DNA of 63,867 nt, filler included, from Octopus bimaculoides (lineage: Eukaryota), in assembly GCF_001194135.2 (NCBI RefSeq). It is 5 parts of 5 records of this genome, joined end to end, with 100 filler letters (N's around TTAATTAATTAA, not from the genome) between each part and the next. Parts side by side here need not be neighbours in the genome. Positions count along the whole stretch, not along the records: positions 23,025 to 46,245 come from NC_068984.1; positions 46,346 to 48,325 come from NW_026364416.1; positions 48,426 to 53,284 come from NC_069009.1; 2 more parts are not named here. One strand, given 5' to 3'. The notes beneath the pieces are model-generated. The model searched no databases. It saw only the letters and a program-made list of their open reading frames with translations, and was not told where the DNA came from. Position numbers and translations under genes: made by a program. Of this stretch, positions 39,960-52,908 are shown one piece after another (within the stretch, counting starts at the first letter, position 1; the number at the start of each line of letters is the position of its first letter).

Positions 39960-40550
39960 AAATAACAACAACGATAGAAATAGTAATAATAATAGTAATA
40001 ATAATGTTAATAACATAGACCAATCTACCCCTATCTCTGACTGCTCCTTAGACAGTATTACTTCCTCCATTCCTGAGAATAATCCCCTCAATGCACTACC
40101 ATGTAACTGCTGCTCTGGGACCATCTGCCCTCCACAACCCCGTTGCAGAAGGTCTAACGTAATTTATAAATGCACCGTCTTCAACACGTTACACCATTCT
40201 ACAACCATATACATAGAGTAAACTATAAATTTGAAACAGCGATACGCTGCGCATCTCAATTCTTTTAGATATGAGAAACAAAATAAATCCACAACACTTG
40301 CCTGTCACATACATCATCTCAAAAATAGAAATATTCCATACATCTTATCTTATCGTAGTCCATAATAGATTCAGGGCTTCCATACCAGGATCAACGCTCA
40401 GCCTGTAAGTTATGCCTAAAAGAGGCATTCCACATCTTAAAATACAACTCTTCAATACTACTAAATAAATATAATGAGGCCCTAGGTACATGCAACCACC
40501 GCTTTTTTCATACTTTCAAGTTTTACCACAAATATAAACGGAGGAGGAGG
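39960..40550 (+). mobile_element. Penelope-like element GIY-YIG endonuclease relic
   Basis: CNCCSGTICPPQPRC (Cys-rich linker, 40102-), VIY (40159-40167)...YIE* (40210-40221), KQRYAAHLNSFRYEK..STTLACHIHHLK, then after a frameshift CKLCLKEAFHI...LLNKYNEALGTCNH. This is the PLE endonuclease pattern. Confidence 0.8.
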
Positions 40551-41509
40551 AGGGGGAGGTATATATGTATTGATCTGAAAGAGGATGATATTATGTGTCA
40601 AGTCTACGTTTTTTCCGGTTAACAACAGTTACAAAAAGTCGTTCTTTCTCCGAATTAATGACCATCGCTTAACTCAAAGACACGGCTCTTCTGAATAAGT
40701 TAGCGAAGGGTGAATTGAAAGAGCATTGACTTCGGATACATATTTTGATGGGGATGCAGATTAATTTGGATCCATGTATAAAAAATCGCTCATAATAGGA
40801 AATTCATTATTTGATTGTGACAGAAATTCAAACTCGCAGCCACAAAACTTTACTCCCTACTTGAATTTATTAAAATCAACTCTGATTCCATACCAACATT
40901 ATCAGCAGCAATATTACAATTAAAAGTCTCTTTTCCTACTGTTGCGAGCTTGTCTTTGTGGGTTGTTTCCCAACCTGAAAACGTTGGGCAAGTGATGCGA
41001 TGTCGGTGTGCTTTCTTCGTAAATAACTTTCTTGGAAAGCAATTTCCATTGAAAACACAGCACAATGTGTTATAGACGGCTTGTATTGTGATAAATCGCT
41101 TTTAGTATTTATAACCATATATGAACTCGTATTTGCACAAAACCAGAGCTCTCTGCACTGAGTTCGAATATGGTAATAAATACTAAGAACATTCTAACAA
41201 CTCTGGCAACTCGGCACTACCACCACCACCCCCACAAAACACACACGCGCACATACAAGCATATCGGAAAGTTTAATGCCTCACAGTGACTAGTATTGTA
41301 ACATGTTTTGAATTGAAATCTACTATGAATGTTTTACCATGTCTCCAGGCACTAAACTTAATTCTATATAATCTTAATTTCGCTTAGTTATTGAAAATAC
41401 ATTTATAATAGAATATACTTAGAACATCCTTGCAAAAACTGGTGTTTCACTCAGGAAATGTATTTGTTTCTTGTCATCAACCCTTCTACTTATCTTATTT
41501 AAAATATAC

Positions 41510-41557
<48 letters not shown>

Positions 41558-43929
41558 CTGCGTGTCTCTATGCGTGTATATGTCTGTGTGTATATACCTC
41601 TATATGTGTCTCTGTTTGTGCATTTGTGTTTCACATTGTTGTAGTATTGTTATAGGGATTCCATTACATCGGTTCCAATATGATTATGTACTGATATATA
41701 CACTTTACAAAATATAGATTTTCTGCACATGCATCATAGCATATTTGTTTCACGTTTGGAAATGTTTCATTCAATACTATATACATTTTGTGTACTGTGT
41801 TGAATTCTAAGAAAGCTATTTACATAGAAAACAGACCGCAATATATGATAGATGGCTTGCATTTTGACCAATTGCCTTTTAATATTTATTACCATATTCT
41901 GCTATAAATCTCACCGAAGCTGTTTTATATTTTTCATCGTTTATTTCTCCATTTCGTAGGACAAACTCCGTACATCCGCAATCACATTATTTCCATACTC
42001 ACGTCTTCATCTTTATTCTATATTTCGTCGAGTCATCGAGAGATGTGGTTACTTGAACTTCAAGAAATAACAGCCAAATCCCTTTAAATTATGCCCTATC
42101 ACTCTAGAAAATAAAACAAGAGAAGATGGACAATGTAACTCAAGATATACACACCGATGAGATGGTTACAGCTGGAACGTCTTCGAATATGTCTACTCAA
42201 TCAATGTTGACTTAGACTAGATCAAAACAATAATAAGAACTAAATTTCGATATAATGCATGTGTCATTATTCATTTTATCGTAGGAAATATCTAGAACAA
42301 GTGAACTCTGTGAAGACCTATCCTGTTGAATCAGTACTGGGAGCAAACGAATACCTCGTCAATTTTACAGTGATGTTGCTGCTTACACTTGTCGATATTA
42401 ACAACCCTATAGTAATTATTTACAGCTCGGCTAACTGAGGTTGTTGAAAGTAAGTTATAGCTGTTCAAGTTGCATATCAACTGTCATCAGTCTCGGATAA
42501 CATGCTATGTTCATTAGCACTGCTCCTTCTGACTAAACCCATTAAAAAGGCAAGAAACGAACTGCTGTTTTCTTGGCTGTTTAACCTATAACACTATTAC
42601 TACCTACGGGGTGGGTGGGTCGTGCAGCCTTCCTCTCATATGTCAGTATTACGATTCTATACTAGATTTTCATATTTCATTGTATTTAAGTTATTGATTT
42701 CTTACATAAGCACCACAAGACCTCAAATACAGTGATGAGGTAAATATAGCCGTTTAGATTGACTTCATTACGTGACTGCTACTTATTTAATCGATCCTAG
42801 AAAGTCGACCAGGGTTGAATTTTAACTCAGCAGAAAGGGACAAATAAAATACTGATATTGTCAATCCGACACCGAACATTGCAGATATTAATGAAAGAAA
42901 ATGGATGTAGAAATAAATATGGAGAAACTGAAAGCATTTTCGAATAGAAATAAAACTGATTTCATTCGCCTGTTTGGGAAAATTTATGAGAAATGGGAAG
43001 AAAACGCAGACATTAATACAATAAAATACAATAGACATATTATAAAAAATAGTGTACAAATATTATAGAAATTTTATTATCGGAACATACAAAATATGTA
43101 TGAATAATGGCGGTATGAAAGATTTAGTTAAGCTGAGTAGGAACTTAGCTGTTAAAAGAGAGACACTCTATTCAGCAATCAGAGAGATCTTGGCAATATT
43201 TCTTTTGTAATAGGACATAATTGTATTAGTTGATTACGTGTAGACAAGAGAGGACGTGACTACAACTATACCATGGAAAATAATGATAATTTTTTAGTAA
43301 GAATTGAAATCGTGATTCTTTAATATAGACCTACATAGTCTATATCTTCCTCTCTCCGTCATTCCTCCTGTTAGTTTTTAGCGAACCAATACTTTCTAAC
43401 CAGATTAATTATAAACATATTATGTTCTCTGCATACTTCTTGGTCGCGATACAAGAAAAATAAAAGTGAATTCTAAAATGGCTGCCAGAAATGCGCGATT
43501 TAATATGCATTTCTGATTTAGCTACAACGCCAGCACTTTTGAGCGGAGAGGTTTAGTGAAAACCATCTATCCCAATATTTGACTGGTACTTTATTTTATC
43601 GATTCTTCAAAGATAAAATGCAAATTTTATTAAAACGATAATTGAACTTGTAGCAAATATTGCAAATCATTTTTATCAACGCTTAACGATTCAACCAGCA
43701 GCTTACTGCCTTAAGGCGCAATAATAATGAGAACAACGGAATGAATTTCAGTGACTAAGTGCCATCAGTATACAGTGTTTTAAACAAAACCAAAGCATTT
43801 ACGAAATTAATTACTCCATATATGTGAATAGTGATAACTCGTACAATAAAAATGTGCCAGTATGCAAAGAGACATTCTTAATGCACGTTTAATGCGAGCA
43901 CATAGCTCTACTCTCATCCAAACCTGAAT

Positions 43930-45400
43930 TAGCAGCCTTTCAGGTGGTTTGCATGATTGTCTCGGGGATGGGACGTCGTATATTCATCGCTTGATCAGTT
44001 GATATTTCGCTGTCGTCTGAGTCCTGGCTAATGTATTCCAGTCAGACCTTAGGATCAATTTTTGGTTTTTAAAACCAGGCTTCTCATTTGGTCTGAAGTT
44101 ACTCAAGATGATACTGATAAGAGTTGCGACCACAGTTCTCTGTAATTCTTGCGGCCCAGCTGCAATACTTTCGAGCAAAAGTTTGCAGCCCGAGACTCAA
44201 GTAATCGTATAGGCGAGTTTTCTAATCTGACTGGTGGATTTATCATGTTTCCTGCCACTTCAACACTTTCGCATGTTTTTCAATGTTTTTATTGATTCCA
44301 GACTGCCAAGTGTATATTCTGAATATTTTTTCAATACCACTATTACACTGCGAGCTTTGTGCAAAATTTATGTTTCATTTTGGATTTTAGCTGATGACGC
44401 AATTCTTTCTGCACACATCACACTAAAAATAAAAAAGCCTCACTCAACTCTGAGTTGGCTTTTTACAAATGTTTCAGGTTTACTTCTTGTGAACTGAAAT
44501 TGTCAGGTCAACCATTTTTCCCATATTGACAAACATTGATCAGAATTTTGTCATTCTTTACCTATTTCAACATCATTTTAGCATTCAAATAAAATTCTTC
44601 CAATAGTTTTTTGCTTATTTAAAATTTTCTTCACTTTTAATTTCTCGATCAAAATTTTTGTCTTAGTCAGTGGCAAATCTATTCAAAACATTAGCATTTG
44701 AATTTTGCTATGTAGATTACTATTTAATCTCAAAATTGTAATCCACTAAAATCAATGACCACTGTTGTCGTCCTTGCAATGTCATATCAGGCAAACTTAT
44801 TCAGAATTAAATATTTTTTGTCGTTGTTTACAATAAATGAATAGTACAATTTTGTTTTTCTAAATAAATATTGATTAAAATATCTTACAGCAAATATAAT
44901 TGCTTAAGTTTGTTTTTTTATTTGGGAATAGCTTTTGTCAAAATTTTTGGATGCAAATGTTTCTTCCTGTCCATTCCATTTTGAAATGTATCGCAAGCAA
45001 CAATCAACGGCTTTGTTTAATCATAATGAACTTGCATTGTTTTCATAGCAAACATTTCCTTCGGCAGATTGTCAGCTTTATCGCATTCAACTGACCAATC
45101 CCACTGCTTATCTTCTTTTTTCCAATTCATTTAATGGATTACAAATCATTGAAATTTTGTTTTCAAAACTATTCTGTAGCAATTCATTTTTTTTTTTTCT
45201 CAAAATGTTTCTAATTTCAATTTTTTCCATTTGGGGAAATTTTAAAGTTATCTTTTTATCACTTTGTGAATTTGAATTTCATTGTCATTTATTTTGTTTT
45301 CGGTATTTCACACTTGTTTGTAAAAATTGGCATTTCTGAAATTGTAATCGGAATCCAAATTCTATATTCTGTAAAATTATTTATCACCTATTTTCATCTC
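43930..45400 (-). mobile_element. Ty3/Gypsy LTR retrotransposon pol relic (RT end, RNase H, integrase)
   Basis: Minus translation in RT-RH-INT order: EFGFRLQFQKCQFLQTSVKY (45300-45363), KQWDWSVECDKA, HYD*TKPLIVACD (44990-45030), FASKILTKA, QQWSLILVDYNFEIK (44728-44772), GINKNIEK (44276-44299), IPETI (43955-43971). No LTRs identified. Confidence 0.75.
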
Positions 45401-45943
45401 TCACCAATATTTCATTTAAATAAGCTAGCTTTTATTAATTTATAAGCACACGATCCAGCGATGATCAATATAATGTTGTTTATTCATATTTAACATAGTC
45501 CTTTACGTTAGACCATTGAAGTGGTATGCCGCAACAATGTTATCCTTATACTCTGAAAGACATCATCGGACTGTCAGATACGTATTAGGTCACCTTCGTG
45601 ACAGACGTACGTTCATAACCTGATTCGGAACTTCTGTTCCAATATATAAAATGCAAAAAGTAAATAAATAAATAAATAAAAAGTACATTTGCAGATGTGT
45701 GGTGAGGCTTTGTCCAAGAGTAATTAACTTAAAATCTATATCAACGATCAACATAATGATGTGTACATGTACATTTACGCGCTCCTGTACACTAGAATAT
45801 GGAAGATGTCCACTGTGGGACACCTGTCTTGGAGAAAATTTTATCCTTTGCATAAAAACCAACACATCGAGCTGGGCTCTGAATGACGTCGACTGGCCAA
45901 ATGACAACTTTGTTATTGGGGTAAACCTTTTGGAGTTTAAATA

Positions 45944-45980
45944 GGCGTAGGAGTGGCTGTGCGGTAAGTAGCTAGCTTAC
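45944..45980 (+). mobile_element. SINE family A head, truncated at GCTTAC
   Basis: GGCGTAGGAGTGGCTGTGCGGTAAGTAGCTAGCTTAC matches the family A 5' end, then homology stops abruptly. Confidence 0.85.
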
Positions 45981-46245
45981 TTCCGGTTTGCTCATTGCGC
46001 ACGTGCGCCAGAATGGCTACTTGCTGTGAATGAAGATAGACATGGTTTTCGGTCTATAGAAGGAAAAATTGAAGAATTCGCCGGGGTAAGTCGTTTTGTT
46101 GCTCAGCTGGGCAGCAATTTATTGCTTCTATTTATTTTTTTAGTAAATTGTTGTCCAGCGGTGTGGCATCTTCGCTTTCCTTGGCGAGTTTTTTGTGTGT
46201 TCGTTGTACGAACAAATTTTGTATTCGCTGTTTGTGGGAGGCGGG
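45979..46245 (+). promoter_or_regulatory. CpG-rich promoter-like segment (probable LINE 5' end; alternatively a host first exon)
   Basis: ACTTCCGG (ETS-type, 45979-45986), perfect palindrome GCGCACGTGCGC with an E-box (45997-46008), AGAATGGC (YY1-like, 46010-46017), donor-like GGG|GTAAGT at 46085/46086; runs into a gap. Confidence 0.45.
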
Positions 46246-46345
46246 NNNNNNNNNNNNNNNNNNNNNNNNNNNNNNNNNNNNNNNNNNNNTTAATTAATTA
46301 ANNNNNNNNNNNNNNNNNNNNNNNNNNNNNNNNNNNNNNNNNNNN

Positions 46346-46377
<32 letters not shown>

Positions 46378-47169
46378 GAACGTTATTACAAAATGTAATG
46401 CAGACGGACAAAGGAATTGAAAGTACGAAAACAAAAATACGTCGCATGCACACGAGCACAAGGCGAAACACTTCGTCGTTTGCTAATTGAAAATCATAAC
46501 AATTTTGACACATATCAAAATATTGCCCCCCTCTAACGCTAATGGGTGTCCACAGCACTTTAGTGTCGCAATGGTACAAACGGATGCACGCATAGAAAGA
46601 TTAAAACGCAAGAAAAGAAAAAGAAATGAGAGTACGATGATAAATATAGGACAGAAATACACCCACGTTCACACATACACCCACACAGGTATATTTATAA
46701 ATATGGAAGACTTACTATGCCGAACACTGCAATAGCTGTTAACCCATGAGGGGATTTCTGAGCGATTGATAAATTTTGGTAGACGTCTAAGTTGAAAGCT
46801 AATATCTGCATCTGCAACATAGAGAAAAGGATAGAAATTTAAATTAAACATAAATGAAATGCGCCATGTATGTTGAAACGAGTATCTGTGAGAGACAGAG
46901 AGATAGAGAAACAGAGAGAGATAGAGATAGAGAGACAGAGACAGATAGATAGATAGATAGATAAACAGTTAGACTTAAATTGACTGATATAACCAGCCAG
47001 CCAGCCAGCCAGCCAGACACACATTTAGAAACCTTAATACAGACATTTTGATACATAGATAGTTACGTAAACCAACAGACAGACAGACACAGGTAGATAG
47101 ATAGATAGATAGACGGATAGATAGATAGATAGATAGATAGATAGACGGATAGATAGATAGATAGATAGT

Positions 47170-47480
47170 GAGGCAGTTTTAAAGAAGGATGGATAAGTGG
47201 ACAGTTAGACAGAGACTAATACACACGCACACTATAAATATATGTAAATTTAATATAAATACACACACATATATATATATATGTGTGTGTGTGCGCGTTA
47301 GATAGATAGATTGATAGAGATGTAATAGATAGCAAGACAGTTTTAAAGAAGGGTGGATAAGCAGATAAACACACACACACAGACACAATATAAATATATA
47401 TGTAAATATAATATAATGTAAATATAATATACATATACGTATATATGTGTATGCGCGTGTGTGTAGTTAGATAGAATGAT
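47170..47480. repeat. Two-copy composite tandem unit (~165 bp) containing microsatellites
   Basis: CAGTTTTAAAGAAGG.TGGATAAG at ~47173 and ~47338, each followed by (CA)/(TA)/(GATA) tracts in the same order. Confidence 0.7.
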
Positions 47481-48292
47481 AGATTGATAGATTGTGAGAC
47501 AACGAGTAGGAGACAAAAGACATTAAGAAAAGGGAGAGAGAGAAAGAGATCGATACATCACAGAATCTCAGTCATCTCATCATTATATTGATTGTTATCA
47601 ATGTTTTAAGTCTTCTGTCGTAATATCCATAATTATGTTTTTCTCTTAGATTTATAGCTTCCGGTAAAGGATTGCCAAAACATTCTCCGTCATTCTACAA
47701 ATATTCCAAACATATTCCGAAACATTCCAGAACATTCTGTAATGCTTTCGAAATATTCTGCAATCTTCTACCAAAATGTAAAGAAAATATAAAGAAAAGA
47801 AGTAAAAAATTTGAAAAAAAAGAAAGAAAAATAAGAAAAATAAAATACAATATGTCCGAAGATTAACGAAGATTAGCGGAGATTACGTCAGCAATATTTT
47901 TGCAATAATTTTCGTCGTTTTTGTAGTTATTGTTTATCGTATTTTCATGTATCGTATTTTTATATTTTGTTGTTGCTGAGAGCGAATGGGTGTGTGTGTG
48001 TGTGGGTGGCTGGTTGGGGTGGGTGGGTATAAGTGCTTGCACGTGTGTGTGTGTGTGTGTGTATCTGTATGTGTAACAAGATTTTCGTAAAACACACTCA
48101 CACATGCACCATAAACACACATGCGCACGCACACACACGTACTAACACGTACAGACACACACATGCTAACAAACATACATACAGACACACACGCACACAC
48201 ATTAACACAAACGAACATACGTATTAACATACACGTACACGTATTTACACACATGCAGATGTGCTAACAAATACACATGCAAACACAGTTAC

Positions 48293-48325
<33 letters not shown>

Positions 48326-48425
48326 NNNNNNNNNNNNNNNNNNNNNNNNNNNNNNNNNNNNNNNNNNNNTTAATTAATTAANNNNNNNNNNNNNNNNNNN
48401 NNNNNNNNNNNNNNNNNNNNNNNNN

Positions 48426-48808
48426 CTTACCAACCACATGGTCCCGGGTTCAGTCCCACTGCGTGGCATCTTGGGCAAGTGTCTTCTACTATAGCCTCGG
48501 GCCGACCAAAGCCTTGTGAGTGGATTTGGTAGATGGAAACTGAAAGAAGCCCGTCGTATATATGTATGTATATATATATATATGTATGTGTGTATGTGTT
48601 TGTGTGTCTGTGTTTGTCCCCCCAACATCGCTTGACAACTGCTGCTGGTGTGTTTATGTCCCCGTAACTTAGCGGTTCGGCAAAAGAGACCGATAGAATA
48701 TGTACTAGGCTTCTAAAGAATAAGTCCTGGGGTCGATTTGCTCGACTAAAGGCGGTGCTCCAGCATGGCTACAGTCAAAAGACTGAAACAAGTAAAAGAG
48801 TAAAAGAG
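48426..48808 (+). mobile_element. SINE family A body, starting at CTTAC right after a gap; young-looking
   Basis: CTTACCAACCACATGGTCCCGGGTTCAGTCCC...GAAAGAAGCCCGTCG-(TA/TG)n-...CTGAAACAAGTAAAAGAGTAAAAGAG. Confidence 0.92.
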
Positions 48809-49115
48809 ATATATATATATATATCTCTATTTCATCTATTAATTACTTCAGTCTACTGCAGTGATATAGGTAGAAAGAGGTATGTTACCTCTGGACTGAA
48901 ACAGCTGTAAGATATTATCCCAATTTCTATTACTATATGTTATATTTTTATAATTACTAACATAAGACATAATATGTCATATGTGTTTGTATATTGTTAT
49001 AATTGTCCTTTTAGTTAATAAACAAGTAAATTGACATAATATAATGTCTATAAGTGGATGAATACCACCTATTAATCCCCTCCATTTTCTTATTGCTATA
49101 TATATATATATATAC

Positions 49116-49372
49116 TGTATGACGCATGCGTACGAACAGCCATGCTACATGGCAGTGAAACATGGGCTGTAACTGCTGAGGACATACGTAAGCTCACAAG
49201 GAATGAAGCCAGTATGCTCCGTTGGATGTGTAATGTCAATGTGAATACCCGTCAGAGTGTAAGTATCTTGATAGAAAAGCTGAACATTAGAAGCATCAGT
49301 TGTGGTGTGCAAGAGAGACGATTGCGCTGGTATGGACATGTGGTGAGAATGGATGAGGATAGCTGCGTGAAA
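49116..49372 (+). mobile_element. RTE-clade LINE, post-RT region, open frame running into a gap
   Basis: LYDACVRTAMLHGSETWAVT...NEASMLRWMC...RRLRWYGHVVRMDEDSCVK, with the hallmark GSETW and LRWYGHV.RM motifs. Confidence 0.88.
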
Positions 49373-50273
49373 NNNNNNNNNNNNNNNNNNNNNNNNNNNN
49401 NNNNNNNNNNNNNNNNNNNNNNNNNNNNNNNNNNNNNNNNNNNNNNNNNNNNNNNNNNNNNNNNNNNNNNNNNNNNNNNNNNNNNNNNNNNNNNNNNNNN
49501 NNNNNNNNNNNNNNNNNNNNNNNNNNNNNNNNNNNNNNNNNNNNNNNNNNNNNNNNNNNNNNNNNNNNNNNNNNNNNNNNNNNNNNNNNNNNNNNNNNNN
49601 NNNNNNNNNNNNNNNNNNNNNNNNNNNNNNNNNNNNNNNNNNNNNNNNNNNNNNNNNNNNNNNNNNNNNNNNNNNNNNNNNNNNNNNNNNNNNNNNNNNN
49701 NNNNNNNNNNNNNNNNNNNNNNNNNNNNNNNNNNNNNNNNNNNNNNNNNNNNNNNNNNNNNNNNNNNNNNNNNNNNNNNNNNNNNNNNNNNNNNNNNNNN
49801 NNNNNNNNNNNNNNNNNNNNNNNNNNNNNNNNNNNNNNNNNNNNNNNNNNNNNNNNNNNNNNNNNNNNNNNNNNNNNNNNNNNNNNNNNNNNNNNNNNNN
49901 NNNNNNNNNNNNNNNNNNNNNNNNNNNNNNNNNNNNNNNNNNNNNNNNNNNNNNNNNNNNNNNNNNNNNNNNNNNNNNNNNNNNNNNNNNNNNNNNNNNN
50001 NNNNNNNNNNNNNNNNNNNNNNNNNNNNNNNNNNNNNNNNNNNNNNNNNNNNNNNNNNNNNNNNNNNNNNNNNNNNNNNNNNNNNNNNNNNNNNNNNNNN
50101 NNNNNNNNNNNNNNNNNNNNNNNNNNNNNNNNNNNNNNNNNNNNNNNNNNNNNNNNNNNNNNNNNNNNNNNNNNNNNNNNNNNNNNNNNNNNNNNNNNNN
50201 NNNNNNNNNNNNNNNNNNNNNNNNNNNNNNNNTATATATATATATATATGGAATAATTACTATGAATATTTAC

Positions 50274-50700
50274 ATAGGTGCAGGTGTGGCCGTGTCGCAT
50301 GAAGTTTGCTTTGCAACCACATGGTTCTGGGTCCAGTCCCATTGTGTGACAGTTGGTATAGTCTTGGGTTGACCAAAGCCTTGTGAGTGGATGTGGTAGA
50401 CAAAAACTGAAAGAAGCCCAACGTGTATGTATATGTATCTGTGTATGTGAGTGTGTGCGTGTGTGTATATATAATATGTGTGTCTGTGTGTGCTTTTGTG
50501 TCTGTGTTTGTCACCTCACCACTACTTGACAACTGGTGTTGGTGTGTTTATGTCTGTATAACTTAGCGGTTTAGCAAAAGAGACTGATAGGATAAGTACC
50601 AGGCTTAAAAAATAAGTCCTGGGGTGGATTTGTTTGACGACAGACAGTGCTCTAGCATGGCCACAGTCAAATGACTGAAACAAGTAAAAGAATAAAAGAA
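50274..50700 (+). mobile_element. SINE family A, diverged full-length copy
   Basis: Collinear with 48426-48808 including head and tail. Confidence 0.85.
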
Positions 50701-50992
50701 TATATATATACATACATGTATAAACACACACACACACACACAGAGGTGAGCATATAAGCACAAAGCAAAGTGGAAAAGATAGCACTTGAATACCAAAGGT
50801 AGAGTAATGTGCTTGAAAACCATCCATACAATCAAGTTTAAATGCTTATTCATGTATTTGAATTATATTACATCACACTATATCACAAGCACCATCACGA
50901 TTTTAATTCAGTTTTCATCACAACCGTCCAACAAATGGGAACGTGAAACTCTCAGTAACAGTCTGGTGATAATTTTGCAGCTTTAATGAAAG

Positions 50993-51060
<68 letters not shown>

Positions 51061-51785
51061 NNNNNNNNNNNNNNNNNNNNNNNNNNNNNNNNNNNNNNNN
51101 NNNNNNNNNNNNNNNNNNNNNNNNNNNNNNNNNNNNNNNNNNNNNNNNNNNNNNNNNNNNNNNNNNNNNNNNNNNNNNNNNNNNNNNNNNNNNNNNNNNN
51201 NNNNNNNNNNNNNNNNNNNNNNNNNNNNNNNNNNNNNNNNNNNNNNNNNNNNNNNNNNNNNNNNNNNNNNNNNNNNNNNNNNNNNNNNNNNNNNNNNNNN
51301 NNNNNNNNNNNNNNNNNNNNNNNNNNNNNNNNNNNNNNNNNNNNNNNNNNNNNNNNNNNNNNNNNNNNNNNNNNNNNNNNNNNNNNNNNNNNNNNNNNNN
51401 NNNNNNNNNNNNNNNNNNNNNNNNNNNNNNNNNNNNNNNNNNNNNNNNNNNNNNNNNNNNNNNNNNNNNNNNNNNNNNNNNNNNNNNNNNNNNNNNNNNN
51501 NNNNNNNNNNNNNNNNNNNNNNNNNNNNNNNNNNNNNNNNNNNNNNNNNNNNNNNNNNNNNNNNNNNNNNNNNNNNNNNNNNNNNNNNNNNNNNNNNNNN
51601 NNNNNNNNNNNNNNNNNNNNNNNNNNNNNNNNNNNNNNNNNNNNNNNNNNNNNNNNNNNNNNNNNNNNNNNNNNNNNNNNNNNNNNNNNNNNNNNNNNNN
51701 NNNNNNNNNNNNNNNNNNNNNNNNNNNNNNNNNNNNNNNNNNNNNNNNNNNNNNNATATATATACATGTATATATCTATACATGT

Positions 51786-51980
51786 GTGTCTTTGTGTTTA
51801 TGTTTGTCCCACCAACACTGCTTGACACCCAGTATTGGTATGTTTACATCCCTGTAACATAACAGTTCAGCAAAGGAGGGTGCGATAGAATCTCTTTAAG
51901 GTGGTGCCCCAGTATGGCCACAGTCTAATGGCCACAGTAAAATAATAAGTAAAAGACTGAAATAAGTAAAGGATAAAAGA
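51786..51980 (+). mobile_element. SINE family A, 3' half
   Basis: TTTGTCCC...GCTTGACA...GGTGCCCCAGTATGGCCACAGTC tail. Confidence 0.7.
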
Positions 51981-52039
51981 TAATGATTCTACAAACTCAC
52001 CTTTATGCACACACACACACACAAATATATTCTTTTTTC

Positions 52040-52593
52040 TTTTGATCTTACCCTTTGACTGCAGCCATGCTGGAGCAATGTTTTAAAAGGATTTTAGTTG
52101 AAGAAATCAACCCCTACTTATTCTATCAGTATCTTTTGTCGAACCACTATGTTACAGGGACATAAGCACACCATCATCAGTTGTCAAGTGATGGTGGGGG
52201 GACAAACACAGGCACAAAGACACAAACACACATTTGGCTTCTTTCAGTTCCGTCTTCCAAATCCACTCAATGCTTTGGAGAGCCCAAGGCTATAGTAGAA
52301 GATACTTGCTTAAGATGGGACTGATCCGAGAGCCATGTCGTTCAGAAGTAAGCTCTTTACCACACAGCCATGCCTGTGCCTATATATCTCTTTACTCTTT
52401 TACTTGTTTCAGTCATTTGACTGCGGCCATGCTGGAGCACCGCCTTTATGATGGGCTTCTTCCAGTTTCCATCTACCAAATCCATTCACAAGGTTTTGGT
52501 CAGCCCGAGGCTATAGCAGAAGAAATTACCCAAGGTGCCATGCAGTGGGACTGAACCCAGGCCCATGTGGCTGGTAAGCAAGCTACTTACCAC
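52040..52593 (-). mobile_element. Two tandem SINE family A copies (52040-52385 and 52388-52593), both internally deleted
   Basis: Two successive TCTTTTACTTGTTTCAGTC/GCCATGCTGGAGCA tails and two CTTACCACACAGCC-type heads on the minus strand. Confidence 0.8.
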
Positions 52594-52733
52594 ATATATA
52601 TATACATATACACACACATATATATATATATATNNNNNNNNNNNNNNNNNNNNNNNNNNNNNNNNNNNNNNNNNNNNNNNNNNNNNNNNNNNNNNNNNNN
52701 NNNNNNNNNNNNNNNNNNNNNNNNNNNNNNNNN

Positions 52734-52769
<36 letters not shown>

Positions 52770-52784
52770 GTGTATACACACATG

Positions 52785-52877
52785 TCTGAGGCAGTCATAC
52801 ACGTTCTGCACTATACATGATGAACAAGGTTTGAATACATATACATATATGCACACACAAACATGCACATACACACA

Positions 52878-52908
<31 letters not shown>

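Noticed and set aside
40570-40720. Possible hammerhead downstream of the Penelope EN relic
   Set aside because: Only non-canonical cores (CTGAAAGA, CTGAATAA) and no convincing stem II.
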